Assembly (NCBI GenBank): GCA_965227515.1
Contig: CBDDFZ010000001.1
Coordinates: forward strand, 3,104,001-3,168,000
Direction: 5' to 3'
Length of the DNA stretch: 64,000 nucleotides
DNA from: Alphaproteobacteria bacterium
GTDB taxonomy: Bacteria; Pseudomonadota; Alphaproteobacteria; CALKHQ01
Shown here: positions 1-11,194 of the stretch, piece after piece
Layout of the letters: each line of letters opens with the position of its first letter
Position numbering within the stretch: position 1 is the first letter of the stretch
Translations under genes and position numbers: made by a program
Notes under the pieces: model-generated
What the model saw: the letters and a program-made list of their open reading frames with translations, nothing else
Database searches by the model: none
What the model was told of the DNA's origin: nothing

Positions 1-450
1 CCACTTGTCCGGCTCCAGGTCCTTGTAGTGGGTGAAGAAGTGCTCGATTTGCTCGATGGTGATCGGCGGTAGATCCCGATACGAGGCAATCGCCTCATAA
101 CGACGGGTGAGCTGGCGGCTGGGCACGGCGACCACTTTCTCGTCCGGCCCGGCCTCGTCCTCCATCACCAGCACGCCGATCGGCCGGCAATTGATCAGGC
201 AGCCCGGCACCAAGGGCCGGGTCGAGGCGCACAGCACGTCGATGGGGTCGCCGTCCTCCGACAAAGTGTGCGGCACGAAGCCGTAGTTCCCGGGATAGCG
301 CATCGGCGTGTAGAGGAAGCGGTCGACCACCAGCGCGCCGGACGCCTTGTCCAGCTCGTACTTGATGGGCTCGCCGCCGGTCGGCACCTCGATGATGACA
401 TTGATGTCTTCGGGCGGATTGGTCCCGGTCGCGATTGCGCTGATGTCCAT
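1..450 (-). CDS. ppa: Inorganic pyrophosphatase (3' end beyond window edge)
   Basis: Manual translation from ATG at 450: [23 protein letters not shown]...KYELDK...[22 protein letters not shown]...FFTHYKDLE; family I PPase motifs. Confidence 0.95.
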   Translation of the reverse strand, partial: MDISAIATGTNPPEDINVIIEVPTGGEPIKYELDKASGALVVDRFLYTPMRYPGNYGFVPHTLSEDGDPIDVLCASTRPLVPGCLINCRPIGVLVMEDEAGPDEKVVAVPSRQLTRRYEAIASYRDLPPITIEQIEHFFTHYKDLEPDKW

Positions 451-570
451 GGCTTCACTGCCTGCTGTTTGCGCTCTGGCGCCGGCGATGGGAAACGACT
501 GGGCTCCCATCGCGGGCGAGCGGGTGGGGTCGGTGTGGCGGCTACCTGCAAGCCCGCCATTAACATGATT

Positions 571-660
571 TGGCGGAGGCGGAGGGATTCGAACCCCCGG
601 TACGCGCAAACGTACAACGGTTTTCAAGACCGCCGCTTTCAACCACTCAGCCACGCCTCC
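571..660 (-). tRNA. tRNA-Ser(TGA)
   Basis: Reverse complement GGAGGCGTGGCTGAGTGGTTGAAAGCGGCGGTCTTGAAAACCG...GGTTCGAATCCCTCCGCCTCCGCCA; anticodon TGA, long variable arm, encoded CCA. Confidence 0.96.
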
Positions 661-925
661 AGCCTAGGAATATCGGCGGCTTAGAGGAACCGGGCAGGGA
701 AGGCAAGGCTGGGCCGCGACTGGGGTCGTAACTGGGACCGCAGCCCTTGCCGCTGCCGCGTCAGCCCCATGGCGCGCCAATGCCGCCGTGGGGGGCGCCG
801 TCTACTCCGACACGGAATCGGCTCCACTTGCGCATCCCTCAAAGAGTTAATGAACCGATCGCGTCCTGGCGTCGTCTTCCTGACCAGAGCGACATCGTGT
901 TGCCCCGAAACAGGAGGCTCTGATT

Positions 926-1363
926 ATGCGAAACATTACTCGAATGACTGCGATTGTGATGGCCGCCGCACTGGCGACTTCGGGTCCCGTTCTGGCCGCC
1001 GACCCACCCGGTTCCACGCCCGCGAGCCCGCCGCGCGATCCCGCTCCGGGAATGCCCGATCTTCTGCCGAACGACAACGCGGGTCCGACCGTTGGCGGCA
1101 TCGACCGCGTGCCGCCGAACCTTCCGCAACCTGGCAACACGCCGGTGCCCGGACTAACCGCGGACAGCCTGATCGATCTCGATCTGATCGGCGCGACCGA
1201 CTTCGTATATGCGCCCGGTTCCTGCTACGGACTGCTGTTTTGCTGCAACGACGCCTGGGTGCAGGGGTGCGAGTGGATTGAGTACACATGCTGGCAGTGG
1301 GGCGGCACGCTGGACTCCCACATGTTGAGCGACGGCAGCACCAGATACGAGTGCAGCTGGTAG
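926..1363 (+). CDS. Secreted hypothetical protein with Pro-rich linker and Cys-rich C-terminus
   Basis: AGGAGG upstream, signal peptide ending VLA-A, host-like codon usage, 6 Cys in last ~50 aa. Confidence 0.75.
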   Translation: MRNITRMTAIVMAAALATSGPVLAADPPGSTPASPPRDPAPGMPDLLPNDNAGPTVGGIDRVPPNLPQPGNTPVPGLTADSLIDLDLIGATDFVYAPGSCYGLLFCCNDAWVQGCEWIEYTCWQWGGTLDSHMLSDGSTRYECSW

Positions 1364-1572
1364 ACGCATCTCGGCTCGGCGCAATTGCCGCGTTCAACCG
1401 CGCGGCCATCCACCCAGGCGCCGAGGCTGCTGTCCGGCCTGAGCGCGTGAATCGCCCGACAAATCGAAAGGCTGACGGCAATTGGGCAGCCCCGCCCACA
1501 TTGCGGTGAGGTCAGTGGAGCGTGGTCCTGGATTGGTCTACGCTGCCGCAGGTTCACCAGCGATTCGAGGTC

Positions 1573-2817
1573 ATGATGGGCATCCACGGCGCCTGCTGGG
1601 TGTTAGCGGTTGGACTGGCTGTTGGCATTTCCGCGTGCGCGCCGCGTCCGGGCCCGGCACCGTTGCCGCCCGAGCCGGCGCAGACGTTCGTCGAACCGCC
1701 GCCGCCACCGGCGCAGCCGACCACGCCGATCCAGCAAACCCCGATATCGTCGACGGCGTTGCCGCCTGCCCCGGGGCAGTCCCAGGGACAGGTGCAGGGG
1801 CAGGCCGACGGCCTGTCGTGGCAATCTCCGGACGGGACGGTCAGTGCCTCGGCGGACGGTGGCGCCTTGCCGCCGGCCCCGCCGGTGCAGAGCGGCGGCG
1901 ATGCCGATTTCCAGGCCTGGCTGGCCGCCAACATCACACCGACCGCGCTGGCGCGCGGCGTCTCGCAACAGACCATCGATGCTGCCTTCGCCGGGCTGTC
2001 GCCGATCCAGGAGGTGATCGACCTCGACCGCAACCAGCCGGAGAGCCGGCTGACGTTCGAGGAATACCTGGCGCGCACCGTCACGCTGGAACGCATCGCC
2101 GAGGGCAAGCGCCTGCTGGTCGAGCATCGGGACACGCTGCAACGGGTCGCTGCGTCCTATGGCGTGCAGCCGCGTTTCATCGTGGCGCTGTGGGGCACGG
2201 AGACCAACTTCGGCGGCTATATGGGCGACACCCCGGTGATCGGCGCGCTGGCCACGCTGGCCTATGACGGCCGGCGTCGCGACTATTTCAGCGGCGAGCT
2301 GGTGAATGCCCTGGTCATCCTGCAGGACGGCCATATCACCCCGCAGGCGATGATCGGGTCGTGGGCCGGCGCCATGGGGCAGTGCCAGTTCATGCCGTCC
2401 TCGTTCCTGCGTTTCGCGGTGGACTTCACCGGCGATGGGCGCAAGGACATCTGGGGCACCGAGCCCGACGTCTTCGCGTCCGCCGCCAACTACCTCAGTG
2501 GCATCGGCTGGAACGACGACTACACCTGGGGCCGCGCCGTGGCGCTGCCGGACGGGTTCAACACCGGCCTTGCCGATGTCGACAGCAGCCGTCCGCTCAG
2601 CGCGTGGCAGGACCTCGGCGTTCGGCTGCCGGACGGCGGCGACCTGCCGTCGGTCGCCATCGATGCCGCGCTGGTGCTGCCGGATGGTGCCGGCGGCCGT
2701 GCCTATCTGGCCTATGACAACTATCAGGTACTGCTGGGCTGGAACCGCTCGACGTATTTTGCTACGTCGATTGGGCTGTTGTCGGACGCGATCGCGGCCG
2801 GGCTGGAGGGCGTATAG
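1573..2817 (+). CDS. mltB: Lytic murein transglycosylase, MltB family lipoprotein
   Basis: Lipobox ISAC; WGTETNFG, GSWAGAMGQCQFMPSS, D.TGDGRKDIW motifs; start may be GTG 1522. Confidence 0.9.
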   Translation: MMGIHGACWVLAVGLAVGISACAPRPGPAPLPPEPAQTFVEPPPPPAQPTTPIQQTPISSTALPPAPGQSQGQVQGQADGLSWQSPDGTVSASADGGALPPAPPVQSGGDADFQAWLAANITPTALARGVSQQTIDAAFAGLSPIQEVIDLDRNQPESRLTFEEYLARTVTLERIAEGKRLLVEHRDTLQRVAASYGVQPRFIVALWGTETNFGGYMGDTPVIGALATLAYDGRRRDYFSGELVNALVILQDGHITPQAMIGSWAGAMGQCQFMPSSFLRFAVDFTGDGRKDIWGTEPDVFASAANYLSGIGWNDDYTWGRAVALPDGFNTGLADVDSSRPLSAWQDLGVRLPDGGDLPSVAIDAALVLPDGAGGRAYLAYDNYQVLLGWNRSTYFATSIGLLSDAIAAGLEGV

Positions 2818-2891
2818 CCGCCAAGCCGCCCGGCACGGGGAGACGCCGCCGTCGGCATGCCAACGAACGACGTGTGGGAATGGAGGTCGAG

Positions 2892-3461
<570 letters not shown>

Positions 3462-3521
3462 GGCGCGAGCCTGAGAGCCGCCGGTCTGAAGTACATTTCG
3501 GCCGGCATTGGGGGTGTTGCG

Positions 3522-4688
3522 ATGCAAAAGCTGATGCGGCGCACCGTCTCTGCGCTGGGGGCAGCGCTGGGCCTGGCGGTTGCCGCGCTGCCGGTCGCCG
3601 GTGTGTGGAGCGGCGAGGCGCGGGCCTTCGAGATGGGCAGCACCGCGCGCGAGGCGATCCTGATCGACCTCACCACCGGCACCGTGTTGATGGAGCAGAA
3701 CGCTGACGAGTTGATGCCGCCGGCTTCGATGAGCAAGCTGATGACCATCTACCTGCTGTTCAAGTATCTGGCCGAGGGCCGCTTGAACATCAACGACCAG
3801 CTTCCGGTGTCGCAGTTCGCCATGGACCGCAACGGCTCCGATATGTTCCTGGAGGCGGGCCAGCGGGTGCGGGTGGACGACCTGATGCGCGGCATCATCG
3901 TGCAGTCGGGCAACGATGCCAGCATCGTGGTGGCGGAGGGTCTTGCCGGCAGCGAGACGGCGTTTGCGGAACTGATGACGCGGGAGGCGCGGGCGCTGGG
4001 CATGGAGCACAGCACGTTCGCCAATTCCACCGGGTGGCCCGATCCCAACCACCGCATGACCGCGCGCGACCTGGCGATCCTCGCCACCCACCTGATCCAG
4101 GATTACCCAGAGCACTACGCAATCTTCAGCGAGCGCGAATTCACCTACAACGACATCACCCAGCCCAACCGCAACCCGTTGCTGTCGCGCAACATCGGTG
4201 CCGATGGCCTTAAGACCGGCCACACAGAAGAGGCGGGCTATGGGCTCGTCGCGTCGGCGGTGCGCGGCAACCGCCGGCTGCTGTTGGTGGTGCACGGCCT
4301 GGGCACCGAACAGCAGCGCGCCGACGAGGCCGCGCGGCTGATCGACTGGGGGTTTTCCGAGTTTGAGCTGCTCGACATGTACGCCGACGGCGACGTGGTG
4401 ACGTCCGCCGAGGTGTGGATGGGCGAAGAGGAGCAGGTGCCCCTGGTGGTGCACGAGGACGCCCGGGTCTCGATCTACCGGCGCGAGATCGACGAGATGC
4501 GGGTGACCGTCAAGCTGGACGGGCCGATCCCGGCGCCTGTGGCGGCCGGCGATCCGGTCGCGCGCCTGGAGATCACGGCGCCGGGGATGGAGCCGCGGGT
4601 CTACACGCTCTATGCCGGCGAGTCCGTGCCGGAGGCCGGATTCCTCGGCCGAATCTGGGCGACGCTGAACTACCTGGTCTTCGGCTGA
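3522..4688 (+). CDS. dacA: D-alanyl-D-alanine carboxypeptidase (PBP5/6)
   Basis: SMSK, SGN and KTG motifs; PBP5 C-terminal domain. Confidence 0.92.
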   Translation: MQKLMRRTVSALGAALGLAVAALPVAGVWSGEARAFEMGSTAREAILIDLTTGTVLMEQNADELMPPASMSKLMTIYLLFKYLAEGRLNINDQLPVSQFAMDRNGSDMFLEAGQRVRVDDLMRGIIVQSGNDASIVVAEGLAGSETAFAELMTREARALGMEHSTFANSTGWPDPNHRMTARDLAILATHLIQDYPEHYAIFSEREFTYNDITQPNRNPLLSRNIGADGLKTGHTEEAGYGLVASAVRGNRRLLLVVHGLGTEQQRADEAARLIDWGFSEFELLDMYADGDVVTSAEVWMGEEEQVPLVVHEDARVSIYRREIDEMRVTVKLDGPIPAPVAAGDPVARLEITAPGMEPRVYTLYAGESVPEAGFLGRIWATLNYLVFG

Positions 4689-4691
4689 CCG

Positions 4692-5366
4692 GTGCAGGCG
4701 GCGACCGCGCGTTTCATCACGTTCGAGGGCGGGGAAGGGGCCGGCAAGTCGACCCAGGTGGTGCGCACCACGGCGTGGCTGCGCGGCCTTGGGGTCGATG
4801 TGGTGCAGACCCGCGAGCCCGGTGGCGCTCCGGGCGCCGAGTTGATCCGTAACCTTCTGGTCCAGGGCGAAGTCGACCGGTGGGAGCCGTGGACCGAGAC
4901 CTTGTTGCACTACGCCGCCCGCAGCGAGCACGTGGCGCGGACCATCAAGCCGGCGCTGGCCGAGGGGCGTTGGGTGGTGTGCGACCGGTTCGCCGATTCC
5001 ACCGCGGCCTATCAGGGTGTCGCCGGCGGCATCGGCCTGGACCGTGTGGACCGGCTACATGAACTGAGTGTGGGCGATTTCGCGCCCGATCTGACCCTGG
5101 TGCTCGACCTGCCGGTTGAGCAGGGGCTGGCGCGCGCCGGGCACCGCGATGGTATTGCGGCTGAGCAGGGCATCGCGGCCGACCGGTATGAGCGGATGGG
5201 CCGCGCCTTCCACGAGAAGGTCAGGGCCGGTCTGCTTGAGATCGCCGCAAACGCGCCGGAGCGGTGCCGCGTCGTCGACGCCGCGCGCGACCCCGATGCC
5301 GTCGGCGCGGACATCCGCCATATCATCGCCGCGCGCTTCGGGCTGGAAGGTGCCGGCGATGGCTGA
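4692..5366 (+). CDS. tmk: Thymidylate kinase
   Basis: FITFEGGEGAGKSTQ, TREPGG, CDRF.DST.AYQG. Confidence 0.96.
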   Translation: MQAATARFITFEGGEGAGKSTQVVRTTAWLRGLGVDVVQTREPGGAPGAELIRNLLVQGEVDRWEPWTETLLHYAARSEHVARTIKPALAEGRWVVCDRFADSTAAYQGVAGGIGLDRVDRLHELSVGDFAPDLTLVLDLPVEQGLARAGHRDGIAAEQGIAADRYERMGRAFHEKVRAGLLEIAANAPERCRVVDAARDPDAVGADIRHIIAARFGLEGAGDG

Positions 5367-6462
5367 GCGCAATGGCAGTTCAGATGGCGCCGTGGAGGTG
5401 CCGACACCCCGTGAGACCGAGAACCTGGTCGGCCACGACGAGGCCGAACGGCGGCTCGCCCAGCTCTGGCAGGCCGGGCGCTGGCCGCACGCGCTGCTGA
5501 TCACCGGCCCGCAAGGCATCGGCAAGGCGACGCTGGCCTACCGGCTGGCACGGGTCATCCTGGGCGGCAAGGTCACCGACGGCAGCGATTGGCAGGTTCC
5601 GGCTGGCGATCCTGTGTTCCGCCGGGTGGCGTCGGGCGGCCACACCGACCTGGTGGTGGTCGAACGCCCGGTCGATGAGAAAACCGGCAAGGTCCGCGCC
5701 GAGATCACCGTCAATGAGGTCCGCAAGGCGGTGCGGTTCGTGCGCCACACCTCGGGAGAGGGCGACTGGCGGGTGGTGATCGTCGACGCGGCCGACGACC
5801 TCAACCGCTCGGCCGCCAATGCGCTGCTGAAGATCCTGGAGGAGCCGCCGCGCCAGGTCGCCATGCTGCTGGTCGCCCATGCGCCGGGGCGGCTGTTGCC
5901 GACCATTCGCTCGCGCTGCCGCAACGTGCCGCTGCAGCCCTTGTCCCCGCCGGATATGGCCCGGGTGCTGGCCGGCAACGGGTCGGGCGACGCGGATACC
6001 AGCGAGGTGCTGGCGCTGGCGGCCGGGCGGCCGGGCAGTGTCGCCAGCATCGCCGCCCATGGCGGGCTCGCGACCTATCGCGACATGATGGGTTTGCTCG
6101 ACCCGTTGCCGCGGCTGGACGTTGCCGGCGTGCTGAAGTTCGCCGACCGGTTCGGCCGCGCCGGCACCGACGATGCGTTCGCCGTGTTCCAGGGGCTGTG
6201 GCTCGACTGGCTGGCCCGCCTGGTCCGCCATGGCGCCAGCGGTAGGGACACAACCACGCCGAGCCCGCGCGAGGCGGACCTCAATCGTCAGCTCGCCGCC
6301 GCAGGCCCGCTTGATCCGTGGCTGGAGGTGTGGGAGAACACGCGCGCCGCGTTCGCCCGCACCGACGGGCTGAATCTGGACCGGCGGCAGACCGTGCTGT
6401 CAATGTTCCAAGCCTGTGCAGAGGCAGCTTCGGGGGCCGCATCGGGGCGCGCCATCAGATAG
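5359..6462 (+). CDS. holB: DNA polymerase III subunit delta'
   Basis: GPQGIGKATLA, AANALLKILEEPP, LLPTIRSRC; follows tmk. Confidence 0.93.
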   Translation: MAERNGSSDGAVEVPTPRETENLVGHDEAERRLAQLWQAGRWPHALLITGPQGIGKATLAYRLARVILGGKVTDGSDWQVPAGDPVFRRVASGGHTDLVVVERPVDEKTGKVRAEITVNEVRKAVRFVRHTSGEGDWRVVIVDAADDLNRSAANALLKILEEPPRQVAMLLVAHAPGRLLPTIRSRCRNVPLQPLSPPDMARVLAGNGSGDADTSEVLALAAGRPGSVASIAAHGGLATYRDMMGLLDPLPRLDVAGVLKFADRFGRAGTDDAFAVFQGLWLDWLARLVRHGASGRDTTTPSPREADLNRQLAAAGPLDPWLEVWENTRAAFARTDGLNLDRRQTVLSMFQACAEAASGAASGRAIR

Positions 6463-6534
6463 CCGACATCGGGGTGCAAACGCGGTCGTTCGTTGCCGCG
6501 CACACACCGCCCCGCCTAGCTGGAGTTCACCGTC

Positions 6535-8097
6535 ATGGCCGATCAGCGGCCTCCGTTCTACATCACGACGCCGATCTACTACGTCAACGACGTGCCCCAC
6601 ATCGGGCACGCCTACACCACGCTTGCCTGCGATGCGATGGCCAGGTTCAAGCGGCTGGACGGCTGTGACGTGATGTTCCTGACCGGCACCGACGAGCACG
6701 GCCAGAAGGTGGAAAAGGCGGCATCGGCGGCCGGTATCGCGCCGCAGGCCTTCACCGACCGGGTGTCCGGCAATTTCCGCGACTTGGCGGCGGCGCTGAA
6801 CGTCAGCAACGACGACTTCATCCGCACCACCGAGGACCGGCACACCGTGGCCTCCCAGGCGATCTGGCAGGCGCTGGAGGCCAACGGCCACATCTATCTG
6901 GGCGCGTATGAGGGCTGGTACGCGGTGCGCGACGAGGCGTTCTACGCCGAGAGCGAGGTCACCGTCGGGCCAGACGGCAAGCGCTATGGCCCCAGCGGCG
7001 CGGAAGTGGAGTGGCTGAAGGAGCCGTCCTACTTCTTCCGGCTGTCCGCGTGGCAGGACAAGCTGTTGGCGTTCTATGAGGAGAACCCGGACTTCATCGC
7101 GCCGGAAAGCCGCCGCAACGAGGTGCTGAGCTTCGTGAAAGGCGGGCTGAAGGATTTGTCGATCTCGCGGGCGAGCTTCTCGTGGGGCGTCCCGGTGCCG
7201 GGCGACGACGATCACGTGATGTATGTGTGGCTGGACGCGCTGACCAACTACATCACCGCGCTTGGCTACCCCGACTGCTCGACCGACAAGTTCACGACGT
7301 TCTGGCCGCACGCCATGCACGTGGTGGGCAAGGACATCCTTCGCTTCCACGCCGTCTACTGGCCGGCGTTCCTGATGGGGGCGGGGGTGGCGCCGCCGCT
7401 GCGGGTGTTCGCCCATGGTTGGTGGACCAACGAGGGCCAGAAGATCTCCAAGAGCGTCGGCAACGTGATCGACCCGCACGCGCTGATCGCCGAGTACGGG
7501 CTGGACCCGGTGCGCTATTTCCTGCTGCGCGAGGTGCCGTTCGGCAATGACGGCGACTTCTCGCGCCGGGCGATGATTTCGCGCCTGAACAATGAGTTGG
7601 CGAACGATCTTGGCAATCTGGCGCAACGGGTTCTGAGCATGATCGCGAAGAACTGCGACGGCGCGGTGCCGCAGCCGGGCGACTTCACCGACGACGACCA
7701 GGCATTGCTTGGCGCGTGCCACGGCCTGCGCGACCGCATGGCGGCGGCGTTCGACGAGCAGGCGCTGCATCGCGGGATCGAGGCGTTGTTCGAAGTGGTG
7801 AGCGAGGCCAACCGCTATGTCGACGCGCAGGCGCCGTGGGCGTTGCGCAAGACCGACCCGGCGCGGATGGCAACGGTGCTCTACGTGCTGGCCGAGGCGA
7901 TCCGCCATATCGGCATACTGGCGCAACCGGTGATGCCGGAGTCCGGCGGCAAGATCCTCGATCTGGTCGCGGTCGGCGAGGGCGCGCGCGACTTCGCGCA
8001 TCTGGGCCCCGGCAGCGCGCTTGCGCCGGGCACGCCGCTGCCGAAGCCGGCGCCCGTGTTCCCGCGCTATGTCGAAGAAGAGGCGGCGACCGCCTGA
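6535..8097 (+). CDS. metG: Methionine--tRNA ligase
   Basis: FYITTPIYY, HIGH, KISKS motifs. Confidence 0.97.
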   Translation: MADQRPPFYITTPIYYVNDVPHIGHAYTTLACDAMARFKRLDGCDVMFLTGTDEHGQKVEKAASAAGIAPQAFTDRVSGNFRDLAAALNVSNDDFIRTTEDRHTVASQAIWQALEANGHIYLGAYEGWYAVRDEAFYAESEVTVGPDGKRYGPSGAEVEWLKEPSYFFRLSAWQDKLLAFYEENPDFIAPESRRNEVLSFVKGGLKDLSISRASFSWGVPVPGDDDHVMYVWLDALTNYITALGYPDCSTDKFTTFWPHAMHVVGKDILRFHAVYWPAFLMGAGVAPPLRVFAHGWWTNEGQKISKSVGNVIDPHALIAEYGLDPVRYFLLREVPFGNDGDFSRRAMISRLNNELANDLGNLAQRVLSMIAKNCDGAVPQPGDFTDDDQALLGACHGLRDRMAAAFDEQALHRGIEALFEVVSEANRYVDAQAPWALRKTDPARMATVLYVLAEAIRHIGILAQPVMPESGGKILDLVAVGEGARDFAHLGPGSALAPGTPLPKPAPVFPRYVEEEAATA

Positions 8098-8101
8098 GCC
8101 G

Positions 8102-8887
8102 ATGCTAATCGACAGTCACTGCCATCTCGACTATTTCGGCGACGAGGCCGACGACGCGGTGGCGCGGGCGCATGCCGCCGGTGTCGACGCCATGCTGACC
8201 ATCTCCACCAAGATGGAGACGTTCCCGACCGTGCGCGCCATTGCCGCGCGCCATGCGTCGGTGGCGTGCTCGGTTGGCGTTCACCCGCATAAGGCGGCGG
8301 AGCATGCCGACCTGGGGACAGCGGCGCTGTGCGAGTTGGCAGAGGACGACAACGTGGTGGGCATCGGCGAGACCGGGCTCGACTATTTCTATGAGCACAG
8401 CCCGCGCGACGCGCAGATCGCCTGTTTTCGCGCGCACATCCAGGCCGCCCAACGCACCGGGCTGCCGCTGATCGTGCACACCCGCGATGCCGACGACGAC
8501 ACCGCGGCGATCCTGGCCGAGCACCTGGACGAGGCGCCGTTCACCGGCGTGATCCATTGCTTCTCCAGCGGTCGCGCGCTGGCGGAGCGCTGCCTGGAAC
8601 TCGGCTTCCACATTTCGATCTCCGGTATCGCGACCTTCAAGCGCGCCGACGACCTGCGCGCCACGGTGCGCGAGGTGGTGCCGATGGACCGGCTGCTGGT
8701 GGAGACCGACGCGCCCTATCTTGCGCCGGTGCCGATGCGCGGCAAGCGCAACGAGCCGGCCTACGTCACCCACACCGCCGCTGTGGTGGCCGACCTGAAA
8801 GATGTGCCGGTTCAGGAGCTTATGGACACGACCTCGCGCAATTTCCTGGCTCTGTTCACACGTGCCGCGTTCGGCGGCACCCGCTGA
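8102..8887 (+). CDS. tatD: TatD family hydrolase
   Basis: DSHCHLD, GVHPH, IGETGLDY, ETDAPYL. Confidence 0.93.
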   Translation: MLIDSHCHLDYFGDEADDAVARAHAAGVDAMLTISTKMETFPTVRAIAARHASVACSVGVHPHKAAEHADLGTAALCELAEDDNVVGIGETGLDYFYEHSPRDAQIACFRAHIQAAQRTGLPLIVHTRDADDDTAAILAEHLDEAPFTGVIHCFSSGRALAERCLELGFHISISGIATFKRADDLRATVREVVPMDRLLVETDAPYLAPVPMRGKRNEPAYVTHTAAVVADLKDVPVQELMDTTSRNFLALFTRAAFGGTR

Positions 8888-8901
8888 CGACAACGGGCGG
8901 C

Positions 8902-9750
8902 ATGACCGACCGCCGCATGCATGTCCGCGTGCTGGGGTGCGGTGGGTCGCAGGGCGTGCCGACCATTCTGGGCAACTGGGGGCGCTGCGACCCCACCGAC
9001 CCGCGCAACCGGCGCCAGCGCACCTCGATCCTGATCGAAGTGGAGGAGGGGCCGCGTATCCTGGTCGACGCCTCGCCCGATCTGCGTGCCCAGTGCCTGG
9101 ACATGGGCGGCCTCGATCATCTGGACGCCATCGTCTTCACCCATGCGCATGCCGATCATTGCCACGGCATCGACGATCTGCGCCCGATCACGCGCCGCCG
9201 CGACGGCCCGCTGCCGATCTATGCCGACCCCAAGACCCTGGAACAGCTTCACAAGCGCTTCGGCTATGGCTTCGTGGAGATTTCCGGGCCGCGGCCATAC
9301 GGCCCTTGGCTGGCGGGCAACGCGTTCGACGGCCCGTTTGAAATAGGCGGCTTGCCGATCATCCCGTTCAAGCAGGTGCATGGCCGTTTCAGGTCGATGG
9401 GTTTTCGTTTCGGGCCAATGGCTTACTCGACAGACCTGAATCTGCTGCCGGAACAGGCGTTCGAGGTGCTGGCTGGCGTTCATACCTGGCTGGTCGACTG
9501 CCAGACCGACCGCCCCCACCCCACACACTCCCATGTCGACCAGACGCTGGCCTGGATCCGCCGGGTGCGCCCGGAGCGCTCCGTGCTGATCCATATGGAC
9601 GAAACCCTGGACTACGCGGCGCTGGACCGGCTGTGCCCGCCCGGTGTGGTGCCGGCACACGACGGCATGGTCTTCGACGTGCCGCTGGACGTTCGCGCGG
9701 TGGACGAAGCGCCCGGTCTCAGCCAAAAAGTGGACGCCGCGCAGGGTTAG
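8902..9750 (+). CDS. MBL-fold metallo-hydrolase (PhnP-like)
   Basis: LGCGGS.GVP, THAHADHCHGIDD; usual neighbour of tatD. Confidence 0.9.
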   Translation: MTDRRMHVRVLGCGGSQGVPTILGNWGRCDPTDPRNRRQRTSILIEVEEGPRILVDASPDLRAQCLDMGGLDHLDAIVFTHAHADHCHGIDDLRPITRRRDGPLPIYADPKTLEQLHKRFGYGFVEISGPRPYGPWLAGNAFDGPFEIGGLPIIPFKQVHGRFRSMGFRFGPMAYSTDLNLLPEQAFEVLAGVHTWLVDCQTDRPHPTHSHVDQTLAWIRRVRPERSVLIHMDETLDYAALDRLCPPGVVPAHDGMVFDVPLDVRAVDEAPGLSQKVDAAQG

Positions 9751-9826
9751 CCCGTTTGCTGCGTATAATCATCCGTGACCCTCCTGCCCGCCCCAACTGA
9801 CCACGCCTAACGATCGGACCTCTCGA

Positions 9827-10537
9827 ATGTTCAAGCTCTTCATGCGCCTGCACGGCTGGATCACCTTCATTCCGCTCTTCATGGGCGCGCTCGGGCTGAT
9901 GGCCAGCACCGGAATATCGGACCGAGAGGCCGCGTTGGACGAGAACGGTGTCACGGTCGATGCGCAGATCATCGGCATGCGTACCTACACCCGGCACTCG
10001 ACCAGCAACAATTCGACCACCACGGTCTACGAAGTCCGGTTCCACTTCCCCGTCCCGGACAGCCCGGACGGCCCGCTGCACTACGAGACCGTCGACGTGT
10101 CGTCCGACTTCTATGAATCGTTGGAAATCAACACGTCCGCGCCGGTGCGATACCTGCCGGAGAACCCGGATATCAACGAGTTTGAACCTGGCGCGCTGAG
10201 CGAGAACTCGACCGCCGCTCTCATCGTCGGCGTCGTATTCGTGCTCTGCTCTCTGGCGGGGGTGGCTTTTGTCCTGCGCAAGGCGATGCGCATGCGCGCG
10301 ATCGGCCGCAATGGCGCGCAGGCGACGGCGACGGTCACCGGCATCGTCAACCATACCAACAATCACAAGCTCAAGTTCACCTACAAGGACCGGGCAGGGG
10401 TTGAGCGGGAAGGGGCCACCATGCCGGGCAGCCTGAAGCGGATTGCCGGGGTGGAAGAGGGCGACACCATCCAGGTGCGCTACAACCCCGACGCGCCCGA
10501 GAAGAACGTCTATTGGGAGCGGGATCTCTGCCTGTGA
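9827..10537 (+). CDS. Membrane protein with two DUF3592-like repeats
   Basis: Two TM segments each followed by a beta-rich unit ending VRYLPENP / VRYNPDAP. Confidence 0.65.
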   Translation: MFKLFMRLHGWITFIPLFMGALGLMASTGISDREAALDENGVTVDAQIIGMRTYTRHSTSNNSTTTVYEVRFHFPVPDSPDGPLHYETVDVSSDFYESLEINTSAPVRYLPENPDINEFEPGALSENSTAALIVGVVFVLCSLAGVAFVLRKAMRMRAIGRNGAQATATVTGIVNHTNNHKLKFTYKDRAGVEREGATMPGSLKRIAGVEEGDTIQVRYNPDAPEKNVYWERDLCL

Positions 10538-10538
10538 T

Positions 10539-11171
10539 TTACGCGCGCTGCATGGCGGCCGTGTAGATACCGGCACCGATCAGCAGGCTGCCACTGCCAC
10601 GGTTCAACCACGCCCAGGCCCGTGACGAGCGGACGAGCGTGCGCAGCCGGTCGACAAGTAGCACCCACAGCAGCACCACCGCCGCCGCCATGCCGACGAA
10701 AGTCGCCTCCAGGATGGCGAACTGCAGCAACACTGGCTCATGCGGTGTCACAAACTGCGGTACGAACGCTATGAAAAATATGATGCTTTTCGGGTTCAAT
10801 GCGGTGACCGCATAGGCGTGCCAGAACATGCGCCGCTGCCGCTTGCGTGTCGCCTCCGGCGCGAGGTCGCTGTCGGCCATTGCTGGCCCGCCGGCGCGCC
10901 ACATCCGCCAGCCGAGCCATACCAGATAGATCGCGCCAGCAATCTTCAGCACCGTGAACGCGGTGGCCGATGCCGCCAGGATCGCACCGGCGCCGGCCAG
11001 CGACGCCGTCATCGCGGTCAGGTCGCCTAGCGCCACGCCGGGCACGGTGCGCCATCCGGTGCGCCGGCCCTGGCCAAGCGCGTAGCTGACCACCAGCAGC
11101 ACCGTCGGCCCCGGAATGGCCAGCACGACGCTGCAGGCAACGACAAAGGCAAGCCAGGTTTCAAACGGCAC
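10539..11171 (-). CDS. LysE/RhtB family translocator
   Basis: IPGPTVLLVV, GA.YL.WLG, ALNPKSIIFF.AF.PQF. Confidence 0.9.
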   Translation of the reverse strand: MPFETWLAFVVACSVVLAIPGPTVLLVVSYALGQGRRTGWRTVPGVALGDLTAMTASLAGAGAILAASATAFTVLKIAGAIYLVWLGWRMWRAGGPAMADSDLAPEATRKRQRRMFWHAYAVTALNPKSIIFFIAFVPQFVTPHEPVLLQFAILEATFVGMAAAVVLLWVLLVDRLRTLVRSSRAWAWLNRGSGSLLIGAGIYTAAMQRA

Positions 11172-11194
11172 GGGCGGTCTCCGGGACGCGAAAT

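Noticed and set aside
480-760. Possible island attachment at tRNA-Ser (GACTGGG motifs on both sides)
   Set aside because: No duplicated tRNA 3' end and no integrase; ppa lies directly downstream
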